Source: Brachybacterium halotolerans
Lineage (GTDB): Bacteria > Actinomycetota > Actinomycetes > Actinomycetales > Dermabacteraceae
Assembly (NCBI RefSeq): GCF_016623465.1
Contig: NZ_JAEDAJ010000010.1
Coordinates: 16,257-48,256 of the forward strand
DNA length: 32,000 bases
Direction: 5' to 3'
The stretch's first letter is position 1; each line of letters opens with the position of its first letter. The position numbers were made by a program, and so were the translations under genes. Under the pieces are notes generated by a model that had not been told where the DNA came from, did no database searches, and saw nothing but the letters and a program-made list of their open reading frames with translations. Positions 19,415 to 26,738 of this stretch are shown in pieces.

Positions 19415-20346
19415 GACGCCTCCCGGGGTGCGCGCAGCCGCGGGTCCAGCAGCGGCAGCACGAGGTCGATGACGAGGTTGACGCCCACGAACACGGCCGC
19501 GGAGAGCACCACGGCGGCCTGCAGCACGGGCACGTCCTGGCTGGTCACGGCCTTCTGGACGACGGTGCCGATGCCGGCGCGCCCGAAGATCGTCTCGGTG
19601 ATGAGCGAGCCGCCCAGCAGCTCGCCGACCACGAGCCCGCATACGGTGACCGTGGGCAGCAGGGAGGGCCGCAGCAGGTGGCGCGCGAACACCCGCACCG
19701 GGGCGAGCCCGCGGGAGAGCGCGACCTCCGTGTGGTCGAGCGCAGTGGTCGTGTCCAGGGCGGTGATGAACACCTGGGCGATCTGCGCGGACACGGGGAT
19801 CGCGAGGGTCAGGGCCGCGAAGGCCGTGGATCCGGCGGTCTCGGGGTCGATGATGGAGAAGGCGCCCAGCTGCACCGCGAACACCTGGATCAGCACCAGG
19901 CCGATGAGGAAGTTCGGGGTGGACAGGAACACCGTGGGCAGTGAGCGCACCAGGCCGCCCAGCCGGCCCTCGCCGAGGCTCTGCGAGGCGAAGCCCAGGA
20001 TCAGGGCGATCAGCAGCGCGAACACCAGGGCGGTCGCGGCGAGGGCGAGGGTCGAGGGGATCGCCTCACCGATCGTCGAGGAGACCGGCGCCGAGGTCGA
20101 GAGCGAGATCCCGAGGTCGCCGCGCAGGGCGTTGCCGATCGAGATCAGCAGCTGCACGAGCACGGGCTTGTCGAGGCCGTAGAACGAGCGGATCTGCGCC
20201 TTCTCGGCCTCGGAGTAGCCGGCCTGCGGGTTCTCGAGCTGCGCGCTCACCGGGTCGCCGGGGATCGCGGCGAGCACCAGGAACACGAGCACGTAGGCGA
20301 GGGCGATGACGAGGACGGCCTGGCCGACGCGCTTCAGGGCGATCAT
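19411..20346 (-). CDS. ABC transporter permease (DppB/OppB-like)
   Basis: ATG at 20346 overlaps the upstream stop codon (ATGA at 20343-20346). The N-terminus MIALKRVGQAVLVIALAYVLVFLVLAAIPGDPV is typical of DppB. Confidence 0.9.
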   Translation of the reverse strand: MIALKRVGQAVLVIALAYVLVFLVLAAIPGDPVSAQLENPQAGYSEAEKAQIRSFYGLDKPVLVQLLISIGNALRGDLGISLSTSAPVSSTIGEAIPSTLALAATALVFALLIALILGFASQSLGEGRLGGLVRSLPTVFLSTPNFLIGLVLIQVFAVQLGAFSIIDPETAGSTAFAALTLAIPVSAQIAQVFITALDTTTALDHTEVALSRGLAPVRVFARHLLRPSLLPTVTVCGLVVGELLGGSLITETIFGRAGIGTVVQKAVTSQDVPVLQAAVVLSAAVFVGVNLVIDLVLPLLDPRLRAPREAS

Positions 20347-22076
20347 GCGTCCGCCCCCGTCCCGTCGGCCCCCGAGCCCGTCTTCGTCGCCGCGTGGTAC
20401 GAGGGGATGGCGACGGCGTTGACCGTGATGCCGGAGAGCTCGGGGGTCTGGACGTAGATGCGCTGGACGTTCTGCTCGAGCGGGATGAAGTAGGCCTGCT
20501 CGAGGACATGCTGCGAGAGCTCGTCGATCACCCCGGCGCGCTCCGTGCGGTCGGCGGTGCCAGCCACCCGGCCCGCGAGATCCGCGAGGCGCTCGTCGGA
20601 GTCCCCGAGGGCGAACCAGTCCTCGCCGTCGGCGGTGATCACTCCCGCCACGGTGCCGGCGTCCACGAAGCTGCGGGTGACCTCGGCGAGCCCCTGGTCG
20701 GGGTTGTCCTCGACCTTCCCGGAGTAGGCCGCGACGTCGATCTTCTGGGTCGCGACGCGGATGCCCAGGCGGCCCAGCTGCTGGGAGATCAGCTCGGCCT
20801 CGGGCACGGAGCCGGTGAGGTACGGGGTGGGGTAGAGGGTGAACGCGAGCTCCGTGCCGTCCTTCGTGCGGTAGCCGTCCTCGGAGCGCCCGGTCCATCC
20901 GGCGTCGTCGAGCAGCCGCGCGGCCGAGTCCGGGTCAAAGGGGAAGAGGTCCGAATGGTCCTCGGCCTCGGGGACGCTCGACTGCAGCCAGCTCGTCGCG
21001 CTCTCCCAGTCCTTCGTGAACACGGTGCGCAGGATCTCGTCGCGGTCGATGCCGCGGGTGATCGCGCGGCGCACGCGCACGTCGTCGAAGGGCGCCACGT
21101 TCGTGCGCACCCGGAAGCCGTGGGTGAAGCCGAGATAGCGCGGCACCTCGATCGTGAACCCGGCCTCGGTGAAGGAGTCCAGGACCTGCGGGTTCACGTT
21201 GTAGGACACGTCGCTCTGGTGGGCGCGGGCGGCGGAGGCGCGCAGGGTGTCGTCGGGCAGCACCTTGAAGGTGATCCTCCGCAGCGCGGCGGCACCGCTG
21301 CGCCCGAGCACGGGCGGAGCCCAGTCGTAGTCCTCGCGGCGCACCAGGGTGACGTGGTCGCTCGCGGCCCAGGAGTCCAGCACGAAGGGTCCGCTGCCGA
21401 TCTGGTGGGCGAGGTCCGACTGCTCGCCCAGGGAGCGGGCCACGGAGTCGGGGCTCAGCAGCAGGCATCCGTGGTAGCCGAGGGTCGGCAGGAAGGAGAG
21501 GGACGGGGCGGTGAAGCGCACGCGCACGGTGCGCTCGTCGAGCGCCTCGGCCCCGTCGTAGGTCGAGCCGGGGAACAGGCCCACCTTCGCGATGCCCGCG
21601 TCGGGCCGGCCCTTCGCCCAGACGTCGAGGTTCGCGACGACAGCGTCGGCGTCCAGCGCTGTGCCGTCGGAGAAGGTGACGCCGTCCTTCAGGTGCAGCG
21701 TGAACTCGGTCGAGTCGCTCGCGACGTCCCAGCTCTCGGCGATCCACGGGGTGATGGTCCCCTTCTCGTCCGTGTGCACGAGCTTGTCGGTGAGCTGCTG
21801 CCAGACGTTCGCCTCGTAGCTCGAGATCGCGCTCTTGGAGGGCACCCATCCGCCGTCGAGGTTCGAGATGAGGAAGGTCAGCTCGTCCTCGGGCGTCTCG
21901 GAGCCGCCCGCCGCGTGGGCGGCCTCGAGCGCGCAGCCCGCCAGGGGCAGCGCGGCGAGCCCCAGCGCGCCCGCGCCGATACCGCGCAGGAGGCGTCGGC
22001 GGGTGACATCGGGGCCGACGGGGGCCGGGCCGACGGGCGCGGGGCCGACGGGCGCGGGGCCGACGGGCCGGGTCAC
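20343..22076 (-). CDS. ABC transporter substrate-binding lipoprotein, family 5 (peptide/opine/nickel class), with a Tat-type signal
   Basis: GTG at 22076 overlaps the aminotransferase stop codon (GTGA at 22073-22076). It is the only canonical in-frame start upstream of the signal peptide. The twin-arginine motif and lipobox are TRRRLLRGIGAGALGLAALPLAGC. The core ESWDVASDSTEFTLHLKDGVTFSDGTALDADAVVANL is typical of family 5. Confidence 0.85.
   Translation of the reverse strand: MTRPVGPAPVGPAPVGPAPVGPDVTRRRLLRGIGAGALGLAALPLAGCALEAAHAAGGSETPEDELTFLISNLDGGWVPSKSAISSYEANVWQQLTDKLVHTDEKGTITPWIAESWDVASDSTEFTLHLKDGVTFSDGTALDADAVVANLDVWAKGRPDAGIAKVGLFPGSTYDGAEALDERTVRVRFTAPSLSFLPTLGYHGCLLLSPDSVARSLGEQSDLAHQIGSGPFVLDSWAASDHVTLVRREDYDWAPPVLGRSGAAALRRITFKVLPDDTLRASAARAHQSDVSYNVNPQVLDSFTEAGFTIEVPRYLGFTHGFRVRTNVAPFDDVRVRRAITRGIDRDEILRTVFTKDWESATSWLQSSVPEAEDHSDLFPFDPDSAARLLDDAGWTGRSEDGYRTKDGTELAFTLYPTPYLTGSVPEAELISQQLGRLGIRVATQKIDVAAYSGKVEDNPDQGLAEVTRSFVDAGTVAGVITADGEDWFALGDSDERLADLAGRVAGTADRTERAGVIDELSQHVLEQAYFIPLEQNVQRIYVQTPELSGITVNAVAIPSYHAATKTGSGADGTGADA
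22008..22070 (-). repeat. In-frame 15-nt tandem repeat (4 copies) encoding (PVGPA)n ahead of the Tat motif
   Basis: ggccgacggg recurs at 22013, 22028, 22043 and 22058, an exact period of 15. The two central units, cgcggggccgacggg, are identical. Confidence 0.9.
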
Positions 22077-23416
22077 CCTCGGGCCTCCGGATCGGACAGG
22101 GCCGCGGCGAGACGCTCGGCCCCCTCGCGCAGGCGCTCCGGCGGCAGATGGCTGATCCCCACGCGCAGCGCGCCGCGATCGTCGGCCGGGTTCGTGCCCG
22201 ACCCCGCGGCCGGGCCACCGTCCGCGCCCTCCCAGAAGAAGTACCGGCCCAGCACCGCGTCGGTCCCGGTCCGCTCGCGGGCCACGCGCTGGGCCGCGGC
22301 GAGATCGATGCGCTCGTCGCGCACCCGCACCCAGGCGAAGATGCCGCCCGTGCGGTGGACGACCTCGATGCCGCCGGGCACCTGCGCGTCCAGGATCGAG
22401 GTCACGAGGTCGAAGCGCTCGGCGTAGGCGGTGCGGGCGCGGGCGGCGATGGCGTCGAAGCCGCGCGGGGCGAGCGGACCGTCGCCCGGCGCCGGGTGCG
22501 CGGCCGATCCGGCCCCCAGCACCCGCTCGACGATCGCCTGCACGAGCACCGAGGAGTGCTGGTCCTGGTTCGCGCGCAGCCGCGTCACGGGGCCGACGAG
22601 CCATGTCGGCAGTGCGAGCCAGCCCAGCCGCAGGCCGGGCCCGAGCACCTTCGAGAAGGTGCGCACGTGGACCACGCGGTCCGAGCCCAGCGGGTAGTCC
22701 GGCAGCGAGGGGCCGTCGAAGCCCAGCGAGTGGTACGCGTTGTCGGAGACGATCACGAAGCCGAAGCGCTCGGCGAGCTCGACCAGCCGCGCGCGCTCGG
22801 CCGGCGTGGTGACGTACCCGGTGGGGTTGTGGTGATCGGGCACCGTGTACAGCAGCTTCGGGCGCTCGCCCGCGACCAGCCGCGCCTCGAGCGCGTCGAT
22901 GTCGAATCCGCGCTCCGTGAGGCGCAGCGGGACGAGCCGGGGGCGCTTGTGCTGCAGGTCGCGGAAGATCAGCGGGTAGGTGGGATCCTCGACGATCATC
23001 GCGTCGCCCTCGTCGAGCAGGGCGTCGAACAGCAGCGAGAGCCCGTGGAAGGCGCCGTTGGTGACGACGATCCGCGCGGGCTCCGCGCCCTCGCGTCGGC
23101 CGATCCAGTCGCGCAGGCCCGCCAGGCCCGGGCTCTGGGAGTACTGGAGCGCCGCGGCGAGGGCCGACGGATCGGCGGTGAGGTCCTCGGCGGCGTGGCG
23201 GATCTGCGCGAGCGGCAGCAGGTCCTCGCTCGGGGCGCCGCCGAGCAGCGGGATCGAGTCGGCGGGCAGCGAGGAGGCCTTCCCGAAGCCCCGCGCGCGG
23301 TCCTCGCGCGAGCCCAGATCCGAGAGCAGCGCGGAGGGGGAGAGCGCAGGGGCGGGATCGGCGCCGGCCCTCGTCGTCGTTGTGGTCGCTGTGTCCGAAG
23401 TGGTCGCAGTGTTCAT
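22073..23416 (-). CDS. PLP-dependent aminotransferase, class I/II fold (ARO8/LysN/MocR-catalytic-domain-like; no HTH domain)
   Basis: ATG at 23416 lies 5 nt after the FAD-oxidase stop codon. It carries YSQSPGLAGLRDWI, YTVPDHHNPTG, SDNAYHSL and the PLP-lysine motif RTFSKVLGPGLRLGW. Confidence 0.85.
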   Translation of the reverse strand: MNTATTSDTATTTTTRAGADPAPALSPSALLSDLGSREDRARGFGKASSLPADSIPLLGGAPSEDLLPLAQIRHAAEDLTADPSALAAALQYSQSPGLAGLRDWIGRREGAEPARIVVTNGAFHGLSLLFDALLDEGDAMIVEDPTYPLIFRDLQHKRPRLVPLRLTERGFDIDALEARLVAGERPKLLYTVPDHHNPTGYVTTPAERARLVELAERFGFVIVSDNAYHSLGFDGPSLPDYPLGSDRVVHVRTFSKVLGPGLRLGWLALPTWLVGPVTRLRANQDQHSSVLVQAIVERVLGAGSAAHPAPGDGPLAPRGFDAIAARARTAYAERFDLVTSILDAQVPGGIEVVHRTGGIFAWVRVRDERIDLAAAQRVARERTGTDAVLGRYFFWEGADGGPAAGSGTNPADDRGALRVGISHLPPERLREGAERLAAALSDPEARG

Positions 23417-23421
23417 CGGGG

Positions 23422-24942
23422 TCAGAGGGCCTTCCCGGGATTGAGCAGGTGCTGAGGGTCGAAGGCGTCCTTCAGCCGGCGCTGGAGCGCGCGGGACGCG
23501 TCGGAGAGCTCGAGGTCGAGCCAGGAGTGCTTGGCGGTGCCGATGCCGTGCTCGCCGCTGATGGTGCCGCCGAGGGCCAGAGCCTCGCGGACCAGGTCGT
23601 CGGCCGCTTCGTGCAGGACGGGCGGCAGCGGCGCCGAGGGATCGGGGTTGTCCTCGGGGCGGGGGAGCGAGAGCGAGGGGTGGAGGTTGCCGTCGCCCGC
23701 ATGCGCGACCGCCGACGTGCGGATGCCGTGCTCGCGGCCGATCCGCTCGATGACCGCGAAGGCATCGGCGAGGCGCGACTTCGGGATCGCGACGTCCTCG
23801 CCGAGGCGGAAGTGCCCGGCGCCGGAGCCGCGGCCCGAACGGCGCAGCTCCCACCAGTGCTCCGCCTCCGCCTCGTCCTCGAGGACGCGGATCTCGACGT
23901 CCGACGGGCCGGCGTCCCCGCCGTCCCCGCCGTCGTCCGCCGGGCCGCCCGCGCCACCGAGCGCGGCGATCAGGTCGCGGGTCTGCTCCGCGATGCCGTA
24001 GCCGTCGAGCTCGACGAGCAGCACCGCGCTCTCGCCCTCGGCGACGCCCGCTCCCGTGTTCTCGTCGATGTCCTCGAGGGAGCGCGCGTCCAGCAGCTCG
24101 CAGGCCGCCGGCCGCACGGGACTGCGCGAGATCGCGTTCACCCCCGCCGCGGCGCCCGCGACGGTGGGGAAGCGTGCGAGCACGGTGCGTCGGGCGACGG
24201 GCAGCGGGCGGATCCGCACGGTCGCCGCGACGACGATCGCGAGCGTGCCCTCGGAGCCGATGAGCAGCTGCGTGAGGTCGAGCCCGGTGACACCCTTGAT
24301 CGAGCGGTGTCCGGTGCGCAGCAGCGTGCCGTCGGCCAGGACCACCTCGAGCCCGAAAACGGATTCCCTGGTCACCCCATACTTCGCGCAGTGCAGCCCG
24401 CCCGCGTTGGTCGCGATGTTCCCGCCGATGCTGGAGAGCCGCGCGCTCGCCGGGTCCGGCGCGTAGAAGAAGCCGTGCGGCGCGAGCGCCTCGGAGAGGT
24501 CCGCGGTGATCACGCCCGCCTCCACCACGGCGACCTCGTCGAGCACGTCGATCTCGCGGATGCGCGTGAGGCGCTCGAGGCTCAGCACGATCGACCCGTC
24601 GATCGGGGTGGCGCCCCCGGACAGACCCGAGCCCGCACCGCGCGGGACGACGGGCGTGCCGGTCTCGTGGGCCAGGCGGAGGGTGGCCTGCACTCCCTCG
24701 ACGTCGCGGGGGAGGACCAGCAGGAAGCTCGTGCCGGGAGCGGAGGGAACCGCGTGGTCCCCCGCGTACACCGGGTCGGGATCGGTGTGCACGACGCCCT
24801 CCCCGAGGAGGCCGCGCAGGCGCTCGGCGAGGCCGCGCAGACGCGGCGAGAGGGTCGATGCGTCGGCAGAGGGCGCAGAGGGCGCAGGCGGCGGGCCGGC
24901 CGACGCGTCGGCTGAGGTCGAGGCAGAGATCGAGGTCGTCAC
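23422..24942 (-). CDS. FAD-linked oxidase / D-2-hydroxyacid dehydrogenase-like (GlcD family)
   Basis: GTG at 24942 lies 6 nt after GGAG. The FAD-binding region is PVVPRGAGSGLSGGATPIDGSIVLSLERL...IGGNIATNAGG. The C-terminal region is HAGDGNLHP...GGTISGEHGIGTAK...DPQHLLNPGK. A Gly/Asp-rich insertion (GGAGGPADDGGDGGDAGPSD) lies between the domains. Confidence 0.85.
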   Translation of the reverse strand: MTTSISASTSADASAGPPPAPSAPSADASTLSPRLRGLAERLRGLLGEGVVHTDPDPVYAGDHAVPSAPGTSFLLVLPRDVEGVQATLRLAHETGTPVVPRGAGSGLSGGATPIDGSIVLSLERLTRIREIDVLDEVAVVEAGVITADLSEALAPHGFFYAPDPASARLSSIGGNIATNAGGLHCAKYGVTRESVFGLEVVLADGTLLRTGHRSIKGVTGLDLTQLLIGSEGTLAIVVAATVRIRPLPVARRTVLARFPTVAGAAAGVNAISRSPVRPAACELLDARSLEDIDENTGAGVAEGESAVLLVELDGYGIAEQTRDLIAALGGAGGPADDGGDGGDAGPSDVEIRVLEDEAEAEHWWELRRSGRGSGAGHFRLGEDVAIPKSRLADAFAVIERIGREHGIRTSAVAHAGDGNLHPSLSLPRPEDNPDPSAPLPPVLHEAADDLVREALALGGTISGEHGIGTAKHSWLDLELSDASRALQRRLKDAFDPQHLLNPGKAL

Positions 24943-24992
24943 GCGGGCTCCACGGGTCGGTGGCAGGACCGTCCCATCGTGGAGGTCCACGA

Positions 24993-25020
24993 GTATTAGA
25001 GCAACTGATGCTTCACATAA
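24993..25020 (-). promoter_or_regulatory. AT-richer island upstream of the seven-gene operon (candidate promoter)
   Basis: The minus strand reads ccTTATGTgaagcatcagttgcTCTAATactc. TCTAAT matches the TATAAT-type -10 at 5 of 6 positions and lies about 50 nt upstream of the GTG at 24942. The -35 is weak. This is the only locally low-GC patch in the 330-nt divergent spacer. Confidence 0.25.
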
Positions 25021-25273
25021 GGAGACACACAGAGGTGCGCTCGCCGCTCGAGTGGGGCGCAGGTCACATGAGGATTCAGCTCCGGGCGGCACGTCACCAT
25101 CGGTCGGACTCTCTGCCGCCCAGTGCTCTCGGGGGACCCGCCCTCTCCGTGCGGGCGTCTCTTCCCCGTGGTCGTCTCTTCCCCGCGATCACTTCTCGTG
25201 TCGCGTCGAATCCTCTGACCTGCGGATTGGGGACAGAGCCCGGACGCCTGGCGAAGACGGGACACTTCACGAC

Positions 25274-26428
25274 ATGCCTCATGCCCCGGCAGATCTCCCG
25301 GACGCCCTGCCCCGTCCCGTGTTCACGACGCATGACGCCCGCGTCGCAGGCGTGGAGCCGCAGCGCCTCCGCCGCCGGGACGTCACCCGGCTCCGGCAGG
25401 GCCTCTACGCTTGCACCGACGCGCTCCGCGCCGGCAGGGTCACGCGCTGGGACGTCGCCGATGCGATGCTGCGCCTGCACCCCGAGGCCGCCCTGGTCGG
25501 TCTGACCGCGGCCCGGGCCTGGGGACTTCCCTGTCCGGGCGACGCCGACATGACCGGGCGCGAACCGGTGGACGCGCGCTGGGGGATCCCCACAGTGCAC
25601 CTCGGCACCCCGAACGCTGCGCATCGCGCGTCCGACGACGTCGTGCAGTGGAGCCGAGTGCCACTTCAGCCCTGGCAGATCGAGACGGTCGACGGGGTGC
25701 GCATCGCGACATTGGTGCGCACATGGACGGATCTCGCCTCGGTGCTCGGCGACGTCTCGCTGGTGGTCGTGACCGACCGGCTGCGCGCGCGGATCACCCA
25801 GGACAGGTTCATGGAACCGACCGAACCGATGGTCCCCGACGGTGCCCTGATCTGGGCCTCCGGCAGCGGTGTGCACGGTGCACCGAAGGCGGCGACCGCC
25901 CTGATGAGCTCGGGCACCGACAGGCCGAGCGTGCTGCATTCCCGCCTGATGCGCTCGGGCCCCGCGTGGGGACGGGTGCGGCTGAACATGCCGCTGACGG
26001 GCGGGGATCCAGACCCGTCGCCCCCTCACTACGTCCCGGTGCTGCTGCGACGTGCGCATGCGATCTGGTGGGCGGACCGGGTCTATGCGGTGTTCCGCAA
26101 GGAGCCCGTGTGCGCGCCGCGCTGTGGGGACTGCGCTCGCTGCACTCTGCCCTTCGTGCCGCGTCTGCTGCCCGTGCGCATCGCCCACGCGCCGGGTCTG
26201 CCCGGATGGCTGGAGGTGCGCATTCCCGAGCAGGTGCTCGTCCATGACCCCGGTCAGGTGAGGTTCGCCGTGCGAAATGCCGTGTTGGACCAGCGGCGCG
26301 CGCACCGGGCGCGGATGGAGCAGGCCGAATCGCACATCCGGTCGCACACCCGGCGCAGGATTCTCGGATCTCCCGGGGCCGCAGAGGAGCTCGGGTGGCA
26401 GACGGAGAGCGAAGGCGCTAAGGCCTGA
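25274..26428 (+). CDS. Hypothetical protein with an AbiEi-antitoxin-like / DUF559-associated N-terminal region and a C-terminal Cys cluster
   Basis: ATG at 25274. VFTTHDARVAGVEPQRLRRRDVTRLRQGLYA, EAALVGLTAARAWGLP and VDGVRIATLVRTWTDLASVL follow the pattern of the common actinobacterial AbiEi_N-like hypothetical family. The C-terminus contains CAPRCGDCARC. Codons upstream of 25274 are antisense to the FAD-oxidase gene. Confidence 0.6.
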   Translation: MPHAPADLPDALPRPVFTTHDARVAGVEPQRLRRRDVTRLRQGLYACTDALRAGRVTRWDVADAMLRLHPEAALVGLTAARAWGLPCPGDADMTGREPVDARWGIPTVHLGTPNAAHRASDDVVQWSRVPLQPWQIETVDGVRIATLVRTWTDLASVLGDVSLVVVTDRLRARITQDRFMEPTEPMVPDGALIWASGSGVHGAPKAATALMSSGTDRPSVLHSRLMRSGPAWGRVRLNMPLTGGDPDPSPPHYVPVLLRRAHAIWWADRVYAVFRKEPVCAPRCGDCARCTLPFVPRLLPVRIAHAPGLPGWLEVRIPEQVLVHDPGQVRFAVRNAVLDQRRAHRARMEQAESHIRSHTRRRILGSPGAAEELGWQTESEGAKA

Positions 26429-26473
26429 CCCGGGTGACCCCGGAGGCTGAGGGCCCGGGTGACGCCGGGGGCT
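26429..26473 (+). terminator. Two tandem copies of a 20-nt hairpin-forming unit directly after the stop codon
   Basis: cccgggtgaccccggaggct (26429-26448) and cccgggtgacgccgggggct (26454-26473). Each contains ccggg-tgac-cccgg-type self-complementarity. There is no T-tract. Confidence 0.35.
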
Positions 26474-26526
26474 CCCACCTCACCACCTCACGCCGTGCCC
26501 TGCCTCGGCGCCGGTGTGCCTGCTGG

Positions 26527-26593
26527 CGCGTTACGAATTGCGGTGGATTTTCGACGCTTCGCACGTCCGTCCAAAACCCACCGCAAATCGTAA
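26527..26593. repeat. Imperfect inverted repeat with 23-nt arms and a 21-nt spacer, locally low GC
   Basis: The left arm is CGTTACGAATTGCGGTGGATTTT (26527-26549) and the right arm is AAAACCCACCGCAAATCGTAACG (26571-26593). The arms are complementary at 21 of 23 positions. The repeat lies between two convergent genes. Confidence 0.85.
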
Positions 26594-26738
26594 CGCTCGC
26601 GCACACGGGGGCGCCGCGACGACCCGCCCTCGGCCTCGCGTCGCGCCTCCCCTGCGAAGGAGTATGTGGTGGAGGGCGTGCTCCGGTAGCGATATGCCTG
26701 GGCGCCTCGTCGACTCAGCGCCGCGTCGACCCAGCGCC

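Noticed and set aside
22008-22070. Short-period direct repeats here, and at 2189-2242 and 29100-29400, considered as possible CRISPR or non-coding satellite
   Set aside because: The periods are 15 or 18 nt (multiples of three) with no spacers. They lie inside well-supported reading frames and translate to peptide repeats. They are coding tandem repeats, not CRISPR arrays.
16833-24915. A series of long plus-strand ORFs (16833..18686, 18617..19333, 19364..20182, 20394..22427, 22148..23455, 23380..24915) opposite the seven-gene operon
   Set aside because: Each is antisense to a gene with clear family motifs. All are R/G/A/D/E/V-rich with no domains. Together they tile the operon exactly as mirror-frame artefacts would.
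25035-25505. An ORF starting at GTG 25035 behind a perfect AAGGAG
   Set aside because: The translation is Arg/Ser/Pro/Cys-rich, like an off-frame reading. It overlaps the downstream gene out of frame for 230 nt and has no motif support. The SD itself is kept as an observation only.
25094-26347. A 417-aa minus-strand ORF opposite the AbiEi-N-like gene
   Set aside because: Neither strand has a strong family match. The plus-strand frame carries the recognisable AbiEi_N-like motifs and has an ATG with sensible spacing from the divergent operon. The minus-frame product is Arg/His/Gly/Pro-rich with no pattern. The minus ORF is rejected, with moderate rather than high certainty.
26418-26606. Two small ORFs on opposite strands (62 aa on the minus strand, and the start of a 232-aa ORF on the plus strand) with mirror-like peptides (TICGGFWTDVRSVENPPQFVT and TNCGGFSTLRTSVQNPPQIVT)
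   Set aside because: The similarity is a direct consequence of translating both strands of the 23-nt-arm inverted repeat. There is no SD or start context, and the plus-strand ORF continues antisense into the LLM oxidoreductase gene.
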